NCBI GenBank assembly: GCA_021650915.1
Contig: CP091279.1
Location: forward strand, 3,450,001 to 3,482,000
DNA length: 32,000 nucleotides
Reading direction: 5' to 3'
Origin: Candidatus Brocadia sp.
Lineage (GTDB): Bacteria > Planctomycetota > Brocadiia > Brocadiales > Brocadiaceae
Positions 15,586 to 25,867 of this stretch are shown here, piece by piece (position 1 is the first letter of the stretch; every line of letters begins with the position of its first letter). Both the position numbers and the translations under genes were made by a program. The notes beneath the pieces are model-generated. The model was given only the letters and a program-made list of their open reading frames with translations. It was not told the DNA's origin and did no database searches.

Positions 15586-17529
15586 TCATTCAAGCACCGA
15601 CTCCAATTCCGCGTGCACTTCTTCCCATCGGGTATAGAGGGCGCTCAATTCCTGGGTAATCGCCTTATACTGTTTATTGATTTCAACCGATTTTTCTTTG
15701 TCGTTATACAGCGCCGGGTCTGAAAAGATGTGATCGAGTTCCTTTTTTTGCGCTTCCCGTGAGGCAATTTTTTCTTCTATGTTTTGCACCTCTTTAGTGA
15801 GCTTTCTTTTCCTGGCATGGTGCTCTTTTTTGAGCAGATACTGTTGCTTTTGTGAATTGGTTTCTTCAGGCTTACGGTACGAGCCTTCCGTTGCCCTGCC
15901 TTCCGCAGTTTCTCCAAGCAAATCCAACGTCTTTTTTTCGAGAAAGTCGCGCATGCTTCCCAGGTGGGTGATGATATTCTGATTTTTTAATTCGTAAACC
16001 TTCGAGACAAGGCCGTCGAGGAAGTCCCTGTCGTGAGATACAATCAGCAGGCTCCCTGCGTAATCCAGCAGGGCATCCTTGAGGATCTTTTTGGTCGTGA
16101 TGTCGATATGGTTGGTTGGTTCATCCAGGATGAGAAAATTCGTGGGTTTGAGCAGCATCTTGGCGAGAGACAGCCGCGATTTTTCGCCACCGCTCAGGAC
16201 GTGCACACCCTTAAAGACGTCGTCGCCGGAAAAGAGAAAGGCGCCCAGGATATGGCGGGTATGGGGGATCATGGAAAGGGGGGCAACCGACTCGATTTCC
16301 TGGAGTACCGTATTCCGGGTATTCAATTTTTCAGCGTGTTCCTGGGCAAAATAATCAAAGAGCACGTTGTGCCCCATCCTGATCGTTCCGGTGTGCGGTT
16401 GCTCAATACCGGCGATGATACGGAGGAGGGTAGATTTCCCTGATCCGTTCTGCCCAACGAGGGCAACCTTTTCTCCCCGTTCAAGGGAGAGGCAAATATC
16501 CTGGAAGATCGGTCTTCCGTCATATTTATGTGAAACATCGTTCACCTCCAGTACGGATACGCCGCTTTGTTTCGAAGGGGGAAACCGGAATCTGACCTGT
16601 TCTGTCGCGTTGTCCGGCAAGGTTTCCTTCTCCATTTTTTCGAGCATAAGGATGCGGCTCTGTACCTGCGATGCCTTGGTGTTCTTTGCCCGGAAACGTT
16701 CAATGAACCGCTCGACTTCTTTGATCTTTTTCTGCTGATTGACGTAACGCGCCCGTTGTAATTCCATCCGCTTTTCTTTTTCCATCTCATAGAAGGAGTA
16801 ATTTCCACCGTATTCATGGATTTTTCCCTTCTCCAGTTCCCAAATCCTGGTAACATTGCGGTCAAGAAATGCCCGGTCGTGTGATATGAGAATCAATCCC
16901 CCTTTAAATCCCCTGAGATATTCTTCCAGCCAGAGGATTGAATCGATGTCCAGATGGTTCGTTGGTTCATCCAGGAGGAGGAGATTGGGCTCCTGCAGCA
17001 ACAGCCGGGAAAGGGCAATCCGCATCTGCCATCCGCCGCTGAACGTACCGATATCTCTTGTAAACTCTGATTCCTTGAACCCCATGCCTTTTAAGACCTT
17101 GCCCGTTTCAGCTTCAATCTTTGCGCTGTTGACCACCTCAAGCTGGTGCTGCAGATGCGCGTAATTGTCGAGGAGCACCTCATGGTCTTCACCTTGTATC
17201 GATGGGTCTTCCAATCGGGTGTGGATCGTCTCCATCTGATGTTTCAGATGGAGAATATCCTCAAAGGCAGAACTGGCCTCTTCAAATACGGTCTTTTTCC
17301 TGAAGGCAAAACCTTCCTGGGGGAGATAGCCGGTGTTTGCATCCTTTGCACAAACAAGACTGCCGCCGCCTGGTTCAATCAGTTTGCAGATGAGCCTGAA
17401 GAGGGTGGATTTCCCGGCGCCATTGGGTCCGATCAGACCGATCCGATCATTTCTCCTGATGTGGAGGGAAACGTTGTCCACAATGGTTTTTGATCCAAAG
17501 GTAAGACTGACATCATTCAGGCGAATCAT
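15586..17529 (-). CDS. ABC-F family ATPase (two ABC domains plus C-terminal coiled-coil tail)
   Basis: Two Walker A motifs (GPNGAGKST, GQNGSGKST) and two LSGG signatures. Start reassigned to the ATG at 17529 (MIRLNDVSLTF), which overlaps the upstream stop as ATGA. Confidence 0.9.
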   Translation of the reverse strand: MIRLNDVSLTFGSKTIVDNVSLHIRRNDRIGLIGPNGAGKSTLFRLICKLIEPGGGSLVCAKDANTGYLPQEGFAFRKKTVFEEASSAFEDILHLKHQMETIHTRLEDPSIQGEDHEVLLDNYAHLQHQLEVVNSAKIEAETGKVLKGMGFKESEFTRDIGTFSGGWQMRIALSRLLLQEPNLLLLDEPTNHLDIDSILWLEEYLRGFKGGLILISHDRAFLDRNVTRIWELEKGKIHEYGGNYSFYEMEKEKRMELQRARYVNQQKKIKEVERFIERFRAKNTKASQVQSRILMLEKMEKETLPDNATEQVRFRFPPSKQSGVSVLEVNDVSHKYDGRPIFQDICLSLERGEKVALVGQNGSGKSTLLRIIAGIEQPHTGTIRMGHNVLFDYFAQEHAEKLNTRNTVLQEIESVAPLSMIPHTRHILGAFLFSGDDVFKGVHVLSGGEKSRLSLAKMLLKPTNFLILDEPTNHIDITTKKILKDALLDYAGSLLIVSHDRDFLDGLVSKVYELKNQNIITHLGSMRDFLEKKTLDLLGETAEGRATEGSYRKPEETNSQKQQYLLKKEHHARKRKLTKEVQNIEEKIASREAQKKELDHIFSDPALYNDKEKSVEINKQYKAITQELSALYTRWEEVHAELESVLE

Positions 17530-18266
17530 TTTATTCCGCCATATACCGCTTCCCGGTATTCCTTCCAGAAACATTCAGCCGTGCGGAATCCGGCCTCTGC
17601 AATAATCTGAAGGTCGTCCATGAGGAGCAGCAGGTTGTCGCCATCTTTTTTCTCTTTATCAGACAGGGTTGAGGAAATTTCATCCAGGGACTTCTCCTCG
17701 TGCCTGATCTGACGCGTTCTCTCCTGTATCCCCTGATGATGCAACCGCCGGAATCTGGCCTCAAGAACGGCATCGGAGGTCTTAAAAACATCGCAATTTA
17801 CAAACCAGCCATGCGGTCGTAAGAGGGAGTGAACATACCTGATGAGCGTAAGCTTTTCTTCCCGGTATAAATGATGGAGGGCGAGAGAAGACACCACGGC
17901 ATCGACAGGAGCAAGAGTTCCCAGCTTTTTCGGTAACTCCTGGAATGGAGAGACATGGAAGGTGACGCGTTCAAGGTGGTTGTGAAGCCTTACTTTAGCC
18001 TTTTCTATCATAAGGGCTGCTGCGTCAACGGCAATAATCGTTGCATGGGGAAATGTTTCGGTGAGCTTGTGAGAGAGGTAGCCGGTGCCGGCGCCCAGGT
18101 CTAAAAAACGTACCCGTTCCGTCCTGTCAAAGGGCAATATCTCGCATACAATGGACGCCATTTTCACACGGTTCGGATGCCAGATGTCCATGTCGGCATC
18201 ATAGGAAGCAACGGTATCGGAGTTATTAAAGGCGTAAATCGTTTCTCTTAGAGTGTCTGTTTTCAT
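17526..18266 (-). CDS. Class I SAM-dependent methyltransferase
   Basis: LDLGAGTGYLS motif I. ATG at 18266 is preferred over TTG at 18290. The stop overlaps the ABC-F start. Confidence 0.8.
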   Translation of the reverse strand: MKTDTLRETIYAFNNSDTVASYDADMDIWHPNRVKMASIVCEILPFDRTERVRFLDLGAGTGYLSHKLTETFPHATIIAVDAAALMIEKAKVRLHNHLERVTFHVSPFQELPKKLGTLAPVDAVVSSLALHHLYREEKLTLIRYVHSLLRPHGWFVNCDVFKTSDAVLEARFRRLHHQGIQERTRQIRHEEKSLDEISSTLSDKEKKDGDNLLLLMDDLQIIAEAGFRTAECFWKEYREAVYGGIK

Positions 18267-18289
18267 AGGCAGTGGACCATAAAAATGCA

Positions 18290-19222
18290 ATGGCAGATTA
18301 TTTATTGTGCGATTATAATAAAAAACTCATGAAAAGTAAATCCACAAGAGACCCACGAAAAGATAAAAAGAAAGATTGTACTTCCGAACCGGTATGCTCC
18401 GGGAAGCGGCTGACGCAGGCAGCGGTACGAAAATTCCGGGAAATGATTTACCGGCATTACCGGAGACATGGCCGCAGCCTTCCCTGGAGAATGACGCACA
18501 ACCCGTATTATATCCTCGTCTCAGAAATTATGCTCCAGCAGACCCAGGTACAGAGGGTTATGGGGAAGTATGAGCCATTTATCCGTGCATTTCCCGATTT
18601 TTCAAGCCTTGCCAGGGCATCGCTCCGCACGGTACTTCGGGAATGGCAGGGGTTGGGCTACAACCGGCGGGCAATAGCCCTGAAGCAGATCGCCCAAAGG
18701 GTTATGAAAGAATTTCAGGGAAAGCTACCGTCATCGGTGGAAGTATTGATAACGTTTCCCGGAATCGGCGAAGCAACTGCTGCCTCAATTGCTGCCTTTG
18801 CATTTCATACACCGACGGTTTTTATTGAGACGAATATACGGCGGGTATTTATCCACGGCTTTTTCCACGACAGAACAAACATCAGGGACGCTGAAATCCT
18901 TCCCCTCGTAGAACAGACCCTGGATACGTCGCACCCCCGTGAGTGGTATTATGCCCTTATGGATTATGGAGTAATGCTGAAGCAGAAGCAGGTAAATCCC
19001 AACAGGAGAAGCGCCCATTATCAAAAGCAGTCCCCTTTTCATGGCTCCAACAGGCAGGTCCGGGGAATGATTCTGAAAGCACTTACTGCTGAATCATATC
19101 TTTCAGAACAGGAGATTGCACAAAGGCTTCAAATACCTTTTGAAAAGATAAAAAATAATCTTGATCAGTTGGAAAAAGAGGGGTTTATTGAAAGAAAAGG
19201 AAATAGAATGAGAGTGGTTTGA
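18290..19222 (+). CDS. MutY/EndoIII-like HhH-GPD DNA glycosylase, atypical (no Fe-S cysteines, winged-helix-like tail)
   Basis: SEIMLQQTQV, LGYNRRA and FPGIGEATAASI (HhH) motifs. Start is ambiguous (GTG 18272, ATG 18290 or ATG 18329). Confidence 0.75.
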   Translation: MADYLLCDYNKKLMKSKSTRDPRKDKKKDCTSEPVCSGKRLTQAAVRKFREMIYRHYRRHGRSLPWRMTHNPYYILVSEIMLQQTQVQRVMGKYEPFIRAFPDFSSLARASLRTVLREWQGLGYNRRAIALKQIAQRVMKEFQGKLPSSVEVLITFPGIGEATAASIAAFAFHTPTVFIETNIRRVFIHGFFHDRTNIRDAEILPLVEQTLDTSHPREWYYALMDYGVMLKQKQVNPNRRSAHYQKQSPFHGSNRQVRGMILKALTAESYLSEQEIAQRLQIPFEKIKNNLDQLEKEGFIERKGNRMRVV

Positions 19223-19402
19223 AATTTCAACGGAAGGTATAAAAAACCTACGCTGGGGTTATTTTCTCACCGTCTTCTCAGAGAAAAGAAGTATTACAGG
19301 ACGATACGATAAATCCTGACGTCCATTTGTTTAGTGCCCTGTGAGATAGCATAGTACAAAAGAGGCTGGAGATTGCGAGGCATATGATTTGCGCTTTTCC
19401 GT

Positions 19403-19629
19403 TATAGTATTACCGTATAAAATCTTTCTTTTTTTTGTAAGTTTTTTCACAAATCCCTTTCAGGAGGTACCGTTTTTTATGAGTGAAAGATTGCTTCGCT
19501 TCACTCGCAATGACAACGTGCAGTGTGGTGCTATCAAGGTGCAGATCGCTGTCATTGCGAGGGTCTTGTCCGAAGCAATCTCCCGCTTTCACAACGAGGA
19601 ATTGGTTGCGGCTGTGCCGCGCTATAAAT
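19403..19629. repeat. Modular repeat (A + B long hairpin + 'ggttgcggctgtgccgcgc')
   Basis: Reverse complement of 13836-14060. ORFs 19389-19709, 19410-19592 and 19483-19737 are artefacts of it. Confidence 0.85.
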
Positions 19630-19687
19630 TTTCTCTTGAAAAAGTTTCACCTGGAATCGTCTTCCGGACTTATTGTGGATACTATTC

Positions 19688-20305
19688 ATGCATCTGCGGT
19701 GGAAAATAGGTATTTGTCTCTCTTTTCTTACCCTTGAGTTCCTGGGTTGTTACGTGCCTCCGGTTTCCAGGCCCACCCCGGCCGTAAGGCCTCGCGAAAG
19801 CGCCGGTATGCCGGTGAAGCCACAGAAAAAGGAAGAGCCTTATATCGTTAGCCAGCTTGATTCTTATTCTGTAAGAAACTGGCGATACATTGTTATTCAC
19901 CATAGCGCCTCAGCGTCCGGTAGCGCCGCTCAATTTGATAAATACCACAGGGAAAAAAGACGGTGGGAGAATGGCCTGGGCTATCATTTTGTAATCGGTA
20001 ATGGAAACGGCGCCCCTGACGGAAAAATTGAGATTGGCAATCGGTGGATAAGTCAGATAGATGGCGCCCATGCCGGCGTCCAGGAATACAATCACTATGG
20101 CATAGGAATCTGCCTGGTGGGGAATTTTAATGAATCGTACCCAACGGCGGCACAGATGGCATCCCTTTCAGCCCTGGTAGAGTATTTGCAGAACAGATGC
20201 CGGATTCCTGCTGAGCGTGTGATCATGCACCGGAACTGCAGGGAGACGGACTGTCCGGGGCGGAAATTTCCTTATTATAAGCTGCTTGCAAATACCTATT
20301 TCTAG
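19688..20305 (+). CDS. N-acetylmuramoyl-L-alanine amidase (Amidase_2/PGRP fold), possibly a lipoprotein
   Basis: YIVIHHSA...GYHFVIGNG...AHAG...GIGICLVGNF...HR motifs. ATG at 19688. N-terminal hydrophobic stretch ends in FLGC. Confidence 0.85.
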   Translation: MHLRWKIGICLSFLTLEFLGCYVPPVSRPTPAVRPRESAGMPVKPQKKEEPYIVSQLDSYSVRNWRYIVIHHSASASGSAAQFDKYHREKRRWENGLGYHFVIGNGNGAPDGKIEIGNRWISQIDGAHAGVQEYNHYGIGICLVGNFNESYPTAAQMASLSALVEYLQNRCRIPAERVIMHRNCRETDCPGRKFPYYKLLANTYF

Positions 20306-20332
20306 CCAGCCTCTTTCAGAAAGTTTGGCTGG

Positions 20333-20506
20333 CTACGGTTTTTCCTTGTGCCGTAAAAAGTCATCCATTTCAGCCTGGATACGAGGGGTATCGATCTCCT
20401 TGGCCTTATTGTAGCACGGGATACAGATGTCCCCCTTTGTGGTGGTCATCTTTTTCCATTCGTCTTTCTCCCCGAGAAATTGGCCGCATTTCCAGCAATT
20501 TGCCAT
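20333..20506 (-). CDS. Small zinc-ribbon protein (57 aa)
   Basis: MANCWKCG...CIPC (two CxxC pairs). aaggaa lies about 8 nt upstream of the ATG at 20506. The longer track ORF would overlap the upstream gene. Confidence 0.5.
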   Translation of the reverse strand: MANCWKCGQFLGEKDEWKKMTTTKGDICIPCYNKAKEIDTPRIQAEMDDFLRHKEKP

Positions 20507-20528
20507 GGGCAGTTCCTTTATCGTTTCA

Positions 20529-21305
20529 TCAAGAGTGAATGAATCTTTCCACAAATCTTTCCACAAGATAGGCAAGATATTCTATGTCGATGTATGCTTC
20601 TGCGCTGCTGTCTAAAAAAAGCTTGCAACTGGCCGCAAACTCTTCATCCGCATCCCAGAAGCACAAATATAAGGGTATCCTGGGTAAGAGGTCAAATTGG
20701 CAGATATAGTCTGCCTTCATTTTCCCCTGAGTTTCCCTGCCACCCAGTTCTTTGCAGCGCGTCTTTAGTCCGTTCATCTTGTTATTGAACGCTGCCGCAA
20801 CCTTCTCTTCCGCGCTCCGTTGAAATGCCTTTACATGTGAGGCAGTATGAGGGAAGTATCCCAGGGTAACCCAGTTGCCCGTGAAAGGTTTGTTTCCTTT
20901 TCTCCGTATATAGTCATAGATAATAATCTTTGACCACGAGTCAGAGCAGTAGGCGTCATTTTCAAATAACCCTTCCTTACGCATCTCATACGGCTTGTTC
21001 AGCATGGTGAGTTTTATCATTTCCCCATCCTTGCCGGTAGCAAAATGTCCCCCGGTGGCAATGGCCGCCTCTTTGAAATTCGTGCGTTTGGCCTCGGCTT
21101 CTAATTCGCTGCTCACCCGGTCATAATTGTCTTCCATGGTTACGGCTGGTTTTGGGGTATCCAATTCCCGGTTTTCTTTCGTGACATAGGGGCAGGCATC
21201 TATCCTGAGTTGGGCGCTTTGTACCTTCAGTGCAAAGGCCATGCACGTAGGAACCCCGCATTTACCACAATTTGTCCTGGGTAGTTTTTTATATATCTCA
21301 AGCAT
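20529..21305 (-). CDS. Fe-S-binding protein: N-terminal CFeSP-type 4Fe-4S motif fused to a DUF3786-like domain
   Basis: LPRTNCGKCGVPTCMAFA at the N-terminus. The remainder resembles DUF3786 proteins, from memory. Confidence 0.7.
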   Translation of the reverse strand: MLEIYKKLPRTNCGKCGVPTCMAFALKVQSAQLRIDACPYVTKENRELDTPKPAVTMEDNYDRVSSELEAEAKRTNFKEAAIATGGHFATGKDGEMIKLTMLNKPYEMRKEGLFENDAYCSDSWSKIIIYDYIRRKGNKPFTGNWVTLGYFPHTASHVKAFQRSAEEKVAAAFNNKMNGLKTRCKELGGRETQGKMKADYICQFDLLPRIPLYLCFWDADEEFAASCKLFLDSSAEAYIDIEYLAYLVERFVERFIHS

Positions 21306-21407
21306 CGAATTTCAATCTTACTGGGTAGGGTGGGCATTGCCCACCAAACATCACTTGTTCACGCTGTTTATTTTTCTGGTGGGTGATGCCCCACACCTTT
21401 TGTAGTT

Positions 21408-21444
21408 TACAAAAAGGCACGGACAAGCGGAGCTTGCCCGTGCC
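21408..21444 (-). terminator. Intrinsic terminator downstream of rubrerythrin
   Basis: The minus strand reads ggcacgggcaagc-tcc-gcttgtccgtgcc followed by tttttg, 86 nt after the stop. Confidence 0.6.
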
Positions 21445-21529
21445 ATGACAAACTCCGCTTAATTAAACACGCATGTGTGCATCTCCTTCAGTAAAGGAGG
21501 GTTGGTTGCTGCTTGTTGCATGAGGAGGT

Positions 21530-22021
21530 TTAACTAACCTTCGTAAACCTGGACTTGGGTGCCCCGCAGATGGGACAGGTATCGGGGGCTGCCTTCTCAA
21601 CCGTATTTCCGCAGACCTGGCAGACATAATAATCCACGTCCTCGTTTTTCCCCAGATTTTGCAATGCCTTTTGATAAAGGCCGGCATGGATATTTTCTAC
21701 CTTATTGGCAATTTCAAAGCTCCGGAGGGCCTCTTTATTTCCTTCCTTTTTGGCCTCTTCAATAAACTGGGGATACATTTTGGTGAACTCGTACGTTTCT
21801 CCTTCAACGGCTTCCTGGATATTTTCCTTGGTAGTTTTAATACCGCCCAGTACCCGTAAGTGGTTGTGGGCATGCACCGTTTCGGCCTCGGCCGCAGCAC
21901 GAAAGAGTTTTGCCACCTGCTTGAAACCCTCCTCATCAGCCTTTTTGGCAAAGGCAAGGTATTTCCTGTTGGCCTGCGATTCCCCTGCAAAGGCGTCCTT
22001 CAAATTATCTTTTGTCGACAT
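21530..22021 (-). CDS. rbr: Rubrerythrin
   Basis: Ferritin-like diiron motifs (E..ANRKY, EAETVHAHNH, E...E) and a C-terminal rubredoxin-like CQVCG...CPICG. Confidence 0.93.
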   Translation of the reverse strand: MSTKDNLKDAFAGESQANRKYLAFAKKADEEGFKQVAKLFRAAAEAETVHAHNHLRVLGGIKTTKENIQEAVEGETYEFTKMYPQFIEEAKKEGNKEALRSFEIANKVENIHAGLYQKALQNLGKNEDVDYYVCQVCGNTVEKAAPDTCPICGAPKSRFTKVS

Positions 22022-22200
22022 CTCTTCCTTTCCCCTTTCTTTTTATGAAAAATAAGATAGTCCAGATACAATAATTTTACCAAAGATGACAAAGAGTAAT
22101 ACTATAATACCTGCTCCTTAATGTCAATGGTCTCGTTGTGTTTCCGGATTCTGGATTCCGGCGCTTAAACCCAAACCCGAACGAGTCGGAAAAGAAATAC

Positions 22201-22254
22201 GGTAGGGGCAGGTTTCAAACCTGCCCCTACCATGTGCCTCTGCCAGAGGCACAT
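22201..22254 (-). terminator. Tandem palindromes downstream of uvrB (possible terminator)
   Basis: ggtaggggcaggtttcaaacctgcccctacc (22201-22231) and atgtgcctctgccagaggcacat (22232-22254). On the minus strand the second hairpin is followed by gtatttctttt. Confidence 0.45.
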
Positions 22255-22325
22255 CTAAAGGGTTACCCTGCGCAGCATGAAAAAAACATTTTTGCTGAAA
22301 ATGTCAAAATATCTTTCGTAAGGTA

Positions 22326-24290
22326 CTATTTTGCACGGATCCGCTGGATTTTGTCCCGAAGCTCAGCCGCACGTTCAAATTCCAGCGCCTCTGCCGCCCT
22401 GAGCATCTCTTCCTCCAGTTCGTTTACAAACTCCTGGGTAAGGTATTCTTCCTCGCTTTCCGCGACGGTTTCATAAACGATCCTGTGCGATGAGACTTCA
22501 TCTTCAATGCCCTTTTTGATCTCCTTTTGTATCGTTTTTGGGGTGATATTATGCTTTTTGTTGTATGCCAGTTGAAGTTCCCGGCGTCTGTTGGTTTCAT
22601 CCATGGCGCGTCTCATGGAATTTGTTATTTCGTCTGCGTATAAGATCACCTCGGCATTCACATTCCTTGCCGTTCGGCCAATGGTCTGGATCAGGGAGGT
22701 CTCAGAACGAAGAAATCCCTCCTTATCGGCATCGAGGATCGCGACCAGGGAAACCTCCGGTAAATCCAGCCCTTCCCTCAGGAGATTGACCCCCACGAGG
22801 ACGTCAAATTTTCCCAGCCTCAAATCACGCAATATAGTTACCCGTTCGATTGCGTCGATCTCAGAATGGAGATACATGCCTTTGAGCCCCTCTTCCTTGA
22901 TGTATTCACTCAGGTCTTCGGCAAGGCGTTTTGTTAACGTCGTTACCAGCACCCGTTCCTTTTCCAGCGCCCGTTTCTTGATTTGCTTCAAAAGATCCTC
23001 AACCTGGGTTTTGGCAGGTTTCACGTAGATGATCGGATCGACAAGCCCTGTCGGGCGAATAATCTGTTCGGCCGTCCTGCCCTTGCATTGTTTTAACTCA
23101 TAGGGACCCGGTGTTGCCGAAACGAACAGGATCTGATGTATCCTTTTTTCCCACTCGTCGAATCGCAAGGGGCGATTATCGAGTGCAGAAGGCAGGCGGA
23201 AGCCGTAGTTGACCAGCGTCTCCTTGCGCGCCCGGTCGCCATGGTACATTCCGGCAATCTGCGGGACGGAGACATGGGACTCATCAATGATGAGGAAAAA
23301 CTCTTTCGGGAAATAATCGAACAGGGTATAGGGCGTCTCGCCGGGCGCACGGCTGCTCAGATGCCGTGAATAGTTTTCAATACCATGACAATACCCCACC
23401 TCCAGGAGCATCTCCATGTCATACCGTGTCCGTGCCTCCAGGCGTTGTGCCTCGAGAAGCTTTTCATTCGAACGCAGTTCTTTCAACCGGTTGTTCAATT
23501 CATATTCAATGGACTTGACTACTCCCTTAATCTTTCCCTCCGGCATGACAAAGTGTTTTGCAGGATAAACGGATATCTCCCGCACATCCTGCAGGGTATT
23601 CCCGGTTGCCGGATTAATCATGGAAATCCTATCGACTTCGTCTCCGAACAATTCGATGCGATACGCAAACTCCTCATAGGCGGGAAAAACCTCTACCACG
23701 TCTCCCCGCACCCGTAACGTGCCGCGAACAAACTCCAGGTCATTCCGGTCATACTGGATATCAATAAGTTTTCTCAGGAGTTTGTTTCTTTCAATTGAAT
23801 CACCCCTGCACAGATGGAGATACATTTCCTGATATTCTTCGGGTGAACCAAGTCCGTAGATACAGGACACACTGGCGACGATGATGACATCCTTCCGCGA
23901 CATGAGATTGCTGGTGGCGGCCAGGCGCAGACGGTCGATTTCCTGGTTGATGGTTGCCTCTTTCTCAATGTAGATATCCCGCTGGGGGATATACGCCTCG
24001 GGCTGGTAGTAGTCGTAATAACTGACAAAATACCCTACGGCATTTTCCGGAAAGAAACTCTTGAATTCGCTATAAAGCTGAGCAGCCAGCGTCTTATTGT
24101 GTGTCATGACCAACGTAGGCCTCTCGAGGGCAGCAATCACGTTTGCCATGGTAAACGTCTTGCCGGAGCCCGTCACGCCCAGCAAGGTTTGATGTCTGGC
24201 GTTTTTTTTGTAACCCTCCACCAGTTGTTGTATGGCACGAGGCTGGTCGCCTTGTGGTGTAAAAGGGGATGCTAATTTAAAAATAGACAT
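22326..24290 (-). CDS. uvrB: Excinuclease ABC subunit B
   Basis: 654 aa. GVTGSGKT Walker A, DESH box, beta-hairpin region, and a C-terminal UVR domain (AAELRDKI). Confidence 0.95.
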   Translation of the reverse strand: MSIFKLASPFTPQGDQPRAIQQLVEGYKKNARHQTLLGVTGSGKTFTMANVIAALERPTLVMTHNKTLAAQLYSEFKSFFPENAVGYFVSYYDYYQPEAYIPQRDIYIEKEATINQEIDRLRLAATSNLMSRKDVIIVASVSCIYGLGSPEEYQEMYLHLCRGDSIERNKLLRKLIDIQYDRNDLEFVRGTLRVRGDVVEVFPAYEEFAYRIELFGDEVDRISMINPATGNTLQDVREISVYPAKHFVMPEGKIKGVVKSIEYELNNRLKELRSNEKLLEAQRLEARTRYDMEMLLEVGYCHGIENYSRHLSSRAPGETPYTLFDYFPKEFFLIIDESHVSVPQIAGMYHGDRARKETLVNYGFRLPSALDNRPLRFDEWEKRIHQILFVSATPGPYELKQCKGRTAEQIIRPTGLVDPIIYVKPAKTQVEDLLKQIKKRALEKERVLVTTLTKRLAEDLSEYIKEEGLKGMYLHSEIDAIERVTILRDLRLGKFDVLVGVNLLREGLDLPEVSLVAILDADKEGFLRSETSLIQTIGRTARNVNAEVILYADEITNSMRRAMDETNRRRELQLAYNKKHNITPKTIQKEIKKGIEDEVSSHRIVYETVAESEEEYLTQEFVNELEEEMLRAAEALEFERAAELRDKIQRIRAK

Positions 24291-24478
24291 TGTTATCTTG
24301 GATTCTCGTTTGCTCGGAAATGATAAATTGGTTTTTATATTTTAACAACCTCAATCTCTGGCGTCTAATTTTTTGGTAGAGTAGAAAAAGAGAGACTTGG
24401 TTAAAGAAAAAGCCCTCCAAATATGGTAAAAAATAGTTTTGATACAAGAAACTAAACCATAAAGAGAAGGAGGGCTAT

Positions 24479-25274
24479 ATGGGAGCAACCCCATGCACAG
24501 ATGGTATCACAATAGAATTTGGTTGTCAAATTCGGGTTGAATTAAAGGACGACAGCCTGGAGTCGATTCTCAAGGCATTTTGCAAGATACTGCCGGAGAT
24601 ATTAAGGGATTTTATTCAGAAGATCGTGGTTGGTTTTGGTGAGAGTGCGATGGCGCAATCACGGAAGCCATTTTGCTGCGACGAATGTGGGAATGACAAG
24701 GAGTTTATCTGGAAGACGAGGCATGGAAAAGAGACGAAGATACTGACGGTCTTTCAGTGGTTGAGATTAGAGCAGTTGCAGGTGCAGTGCAAGAGGTGCG
24801 GTCATAAGATGTATATAACGCGAAAGCTTCTGGGGATGGAGCGGATGAAGCGAATACCACCAGAGACGTATCGGAAGCTTGGGCTGGTAGGGTCGTTAAC
24901 GACCTACCGGGTGGCGAAGAAGATCGTGTCGATGTTTGGCTGGACCGTAGACAAGATGACGATAGGGAAATCGGTGCAAAAGACGGCAGCAGAGATAGAT
25001 TTTCAACTCGACGAGAAGGGACTTCCCCTGGGAGAAGCAGACGGGACAGGGGTAGGGATTAAGGGGATAGCCAAACGAGGCAAGGAGCTCAAGGTCTTTG
25101 TGCAATACAAGAGAGGTGGAGGGGTGAGAGTGGCAGGGCTTGACATAGGGAATTACAACGGTAGTTGGGATAAGCTTTTTGGTAAGAGTATTAAGGTGTT
25201 CAGGAAGTTTTCCCGGTTTCTTTTGATAACCGATGGAGACACCTCTATTTTGGATAGTTTGAAAGGCAAGGTTA
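24479..25274 (+). pseudogene. 3'-truncated putative DDE transposase with N-terminal zinc ribbon (ISLre2/ISKra4-like architecture)
   Basis: CCDECG...CKRCGH, then EADGTGV and LLITDGD. Resemblance to these families stops at about 25272, where a TIR-flanked element begins; the ORF tail to 25375 is foreign. The family call is from memory. Confidence 0.45.
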
Positions 25275-25450
25275 ACCCGACATTCGCAATTCGCGTCCAA
25301 AAAAGGTTATTTTTGGGCAAGAGTCGCCTGGAAAGCCTTGAAATTCAAGGGGTGAATTTTCAAAACGGCTTGTAGTGCCGACCTTTTTGCATGACCCCTT
25401 GATTTTCCTGACTCAGAGGGTTGCATACCCCTCGAATCGCGAAAGTCGGG
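25275..25450. mobile_element. 176-bp MITE-like element with ~20-bp terminal inverted repeats, flanked by TA
   Basis: acccgacattcgcaattcg (25275-) versus gcccgactttcgcgattcg (complement of -25450), 17/20 identical. TA at 25273-25274 and 25451-25452 within a gtTA..TAac context. Confidence 0.5.
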
Positions 25451-25452
25451 CT

Positions 25453-25669
25453 AACATTAGGATGTGCTGCCAGCCACCCCCTCATTTCGTTTGTGAATGC
25501 AGTAGTTGTCAAGGATGACATGGACTTCTTTCTTGTCGCTCTCCGGCAAATCCAAAAGGAGTTGATCCATAAATGCCAGGAATTCTACGCGTCTTTTTAA
25601 TTCTGTTGTTTGTGTATGAATAGCCCCCGTTGAATCCAGATGAAGAAGCCTGGAATACGGTAAAGACAC
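25453..25669 (-). pseudogene. IS630-family transposase fragment (central part, frameshifted)
   Basis: ..RRVEFLAFMDQLL...VHVILDNYCIHK.., then WLAAHPNV in the adjacent frame. No start and no C-terminal E region. Confidence 0.55.
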
Positions 25670-25680
25670 AAAAACTAAAT

Positions 25681-25785
25681 GTGAAACCTATTAAAGACAA
25701 AAAAGAACTACACTCTGTTGTTCTCGGTTCTTTAAGGTCAATTCAAAAACGACCAGAACAGATAAAAGAGTTCTTTCGTAAATAG
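25681..25785 (+). pseudogene. Possible C-terminal tail of an IS630/DDE_3-type transposase, opposite orientation to the neighbouring fragment
   Basis: VKPIKDKKELHSVVLGSLRSIQKRPEQIKEFFRK* resembles the ...eL...v...l..i...p..i..FF tails of DDE_3 transposases, from memory. Confidence 0.3.
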
Positions 25786-25867
25786 TCTGCTTAATTATGT
25801 CCTAGAGCGGCTCTGCCGCAACCGAAGCTTTAAAACCGTCCTCCAATAGTGTATATTTAATTTTTTT

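Noticed and set aside
21463-22055. Overlapping ORFs around rubrerythrin (21463-21687, 21559-21765, 21659-21859, 21697-21990, 21705-22055, 21860-22048)
   Set aside because: They are alternative frames or the antisense strand of an unambiguous rubrerythrin gene.
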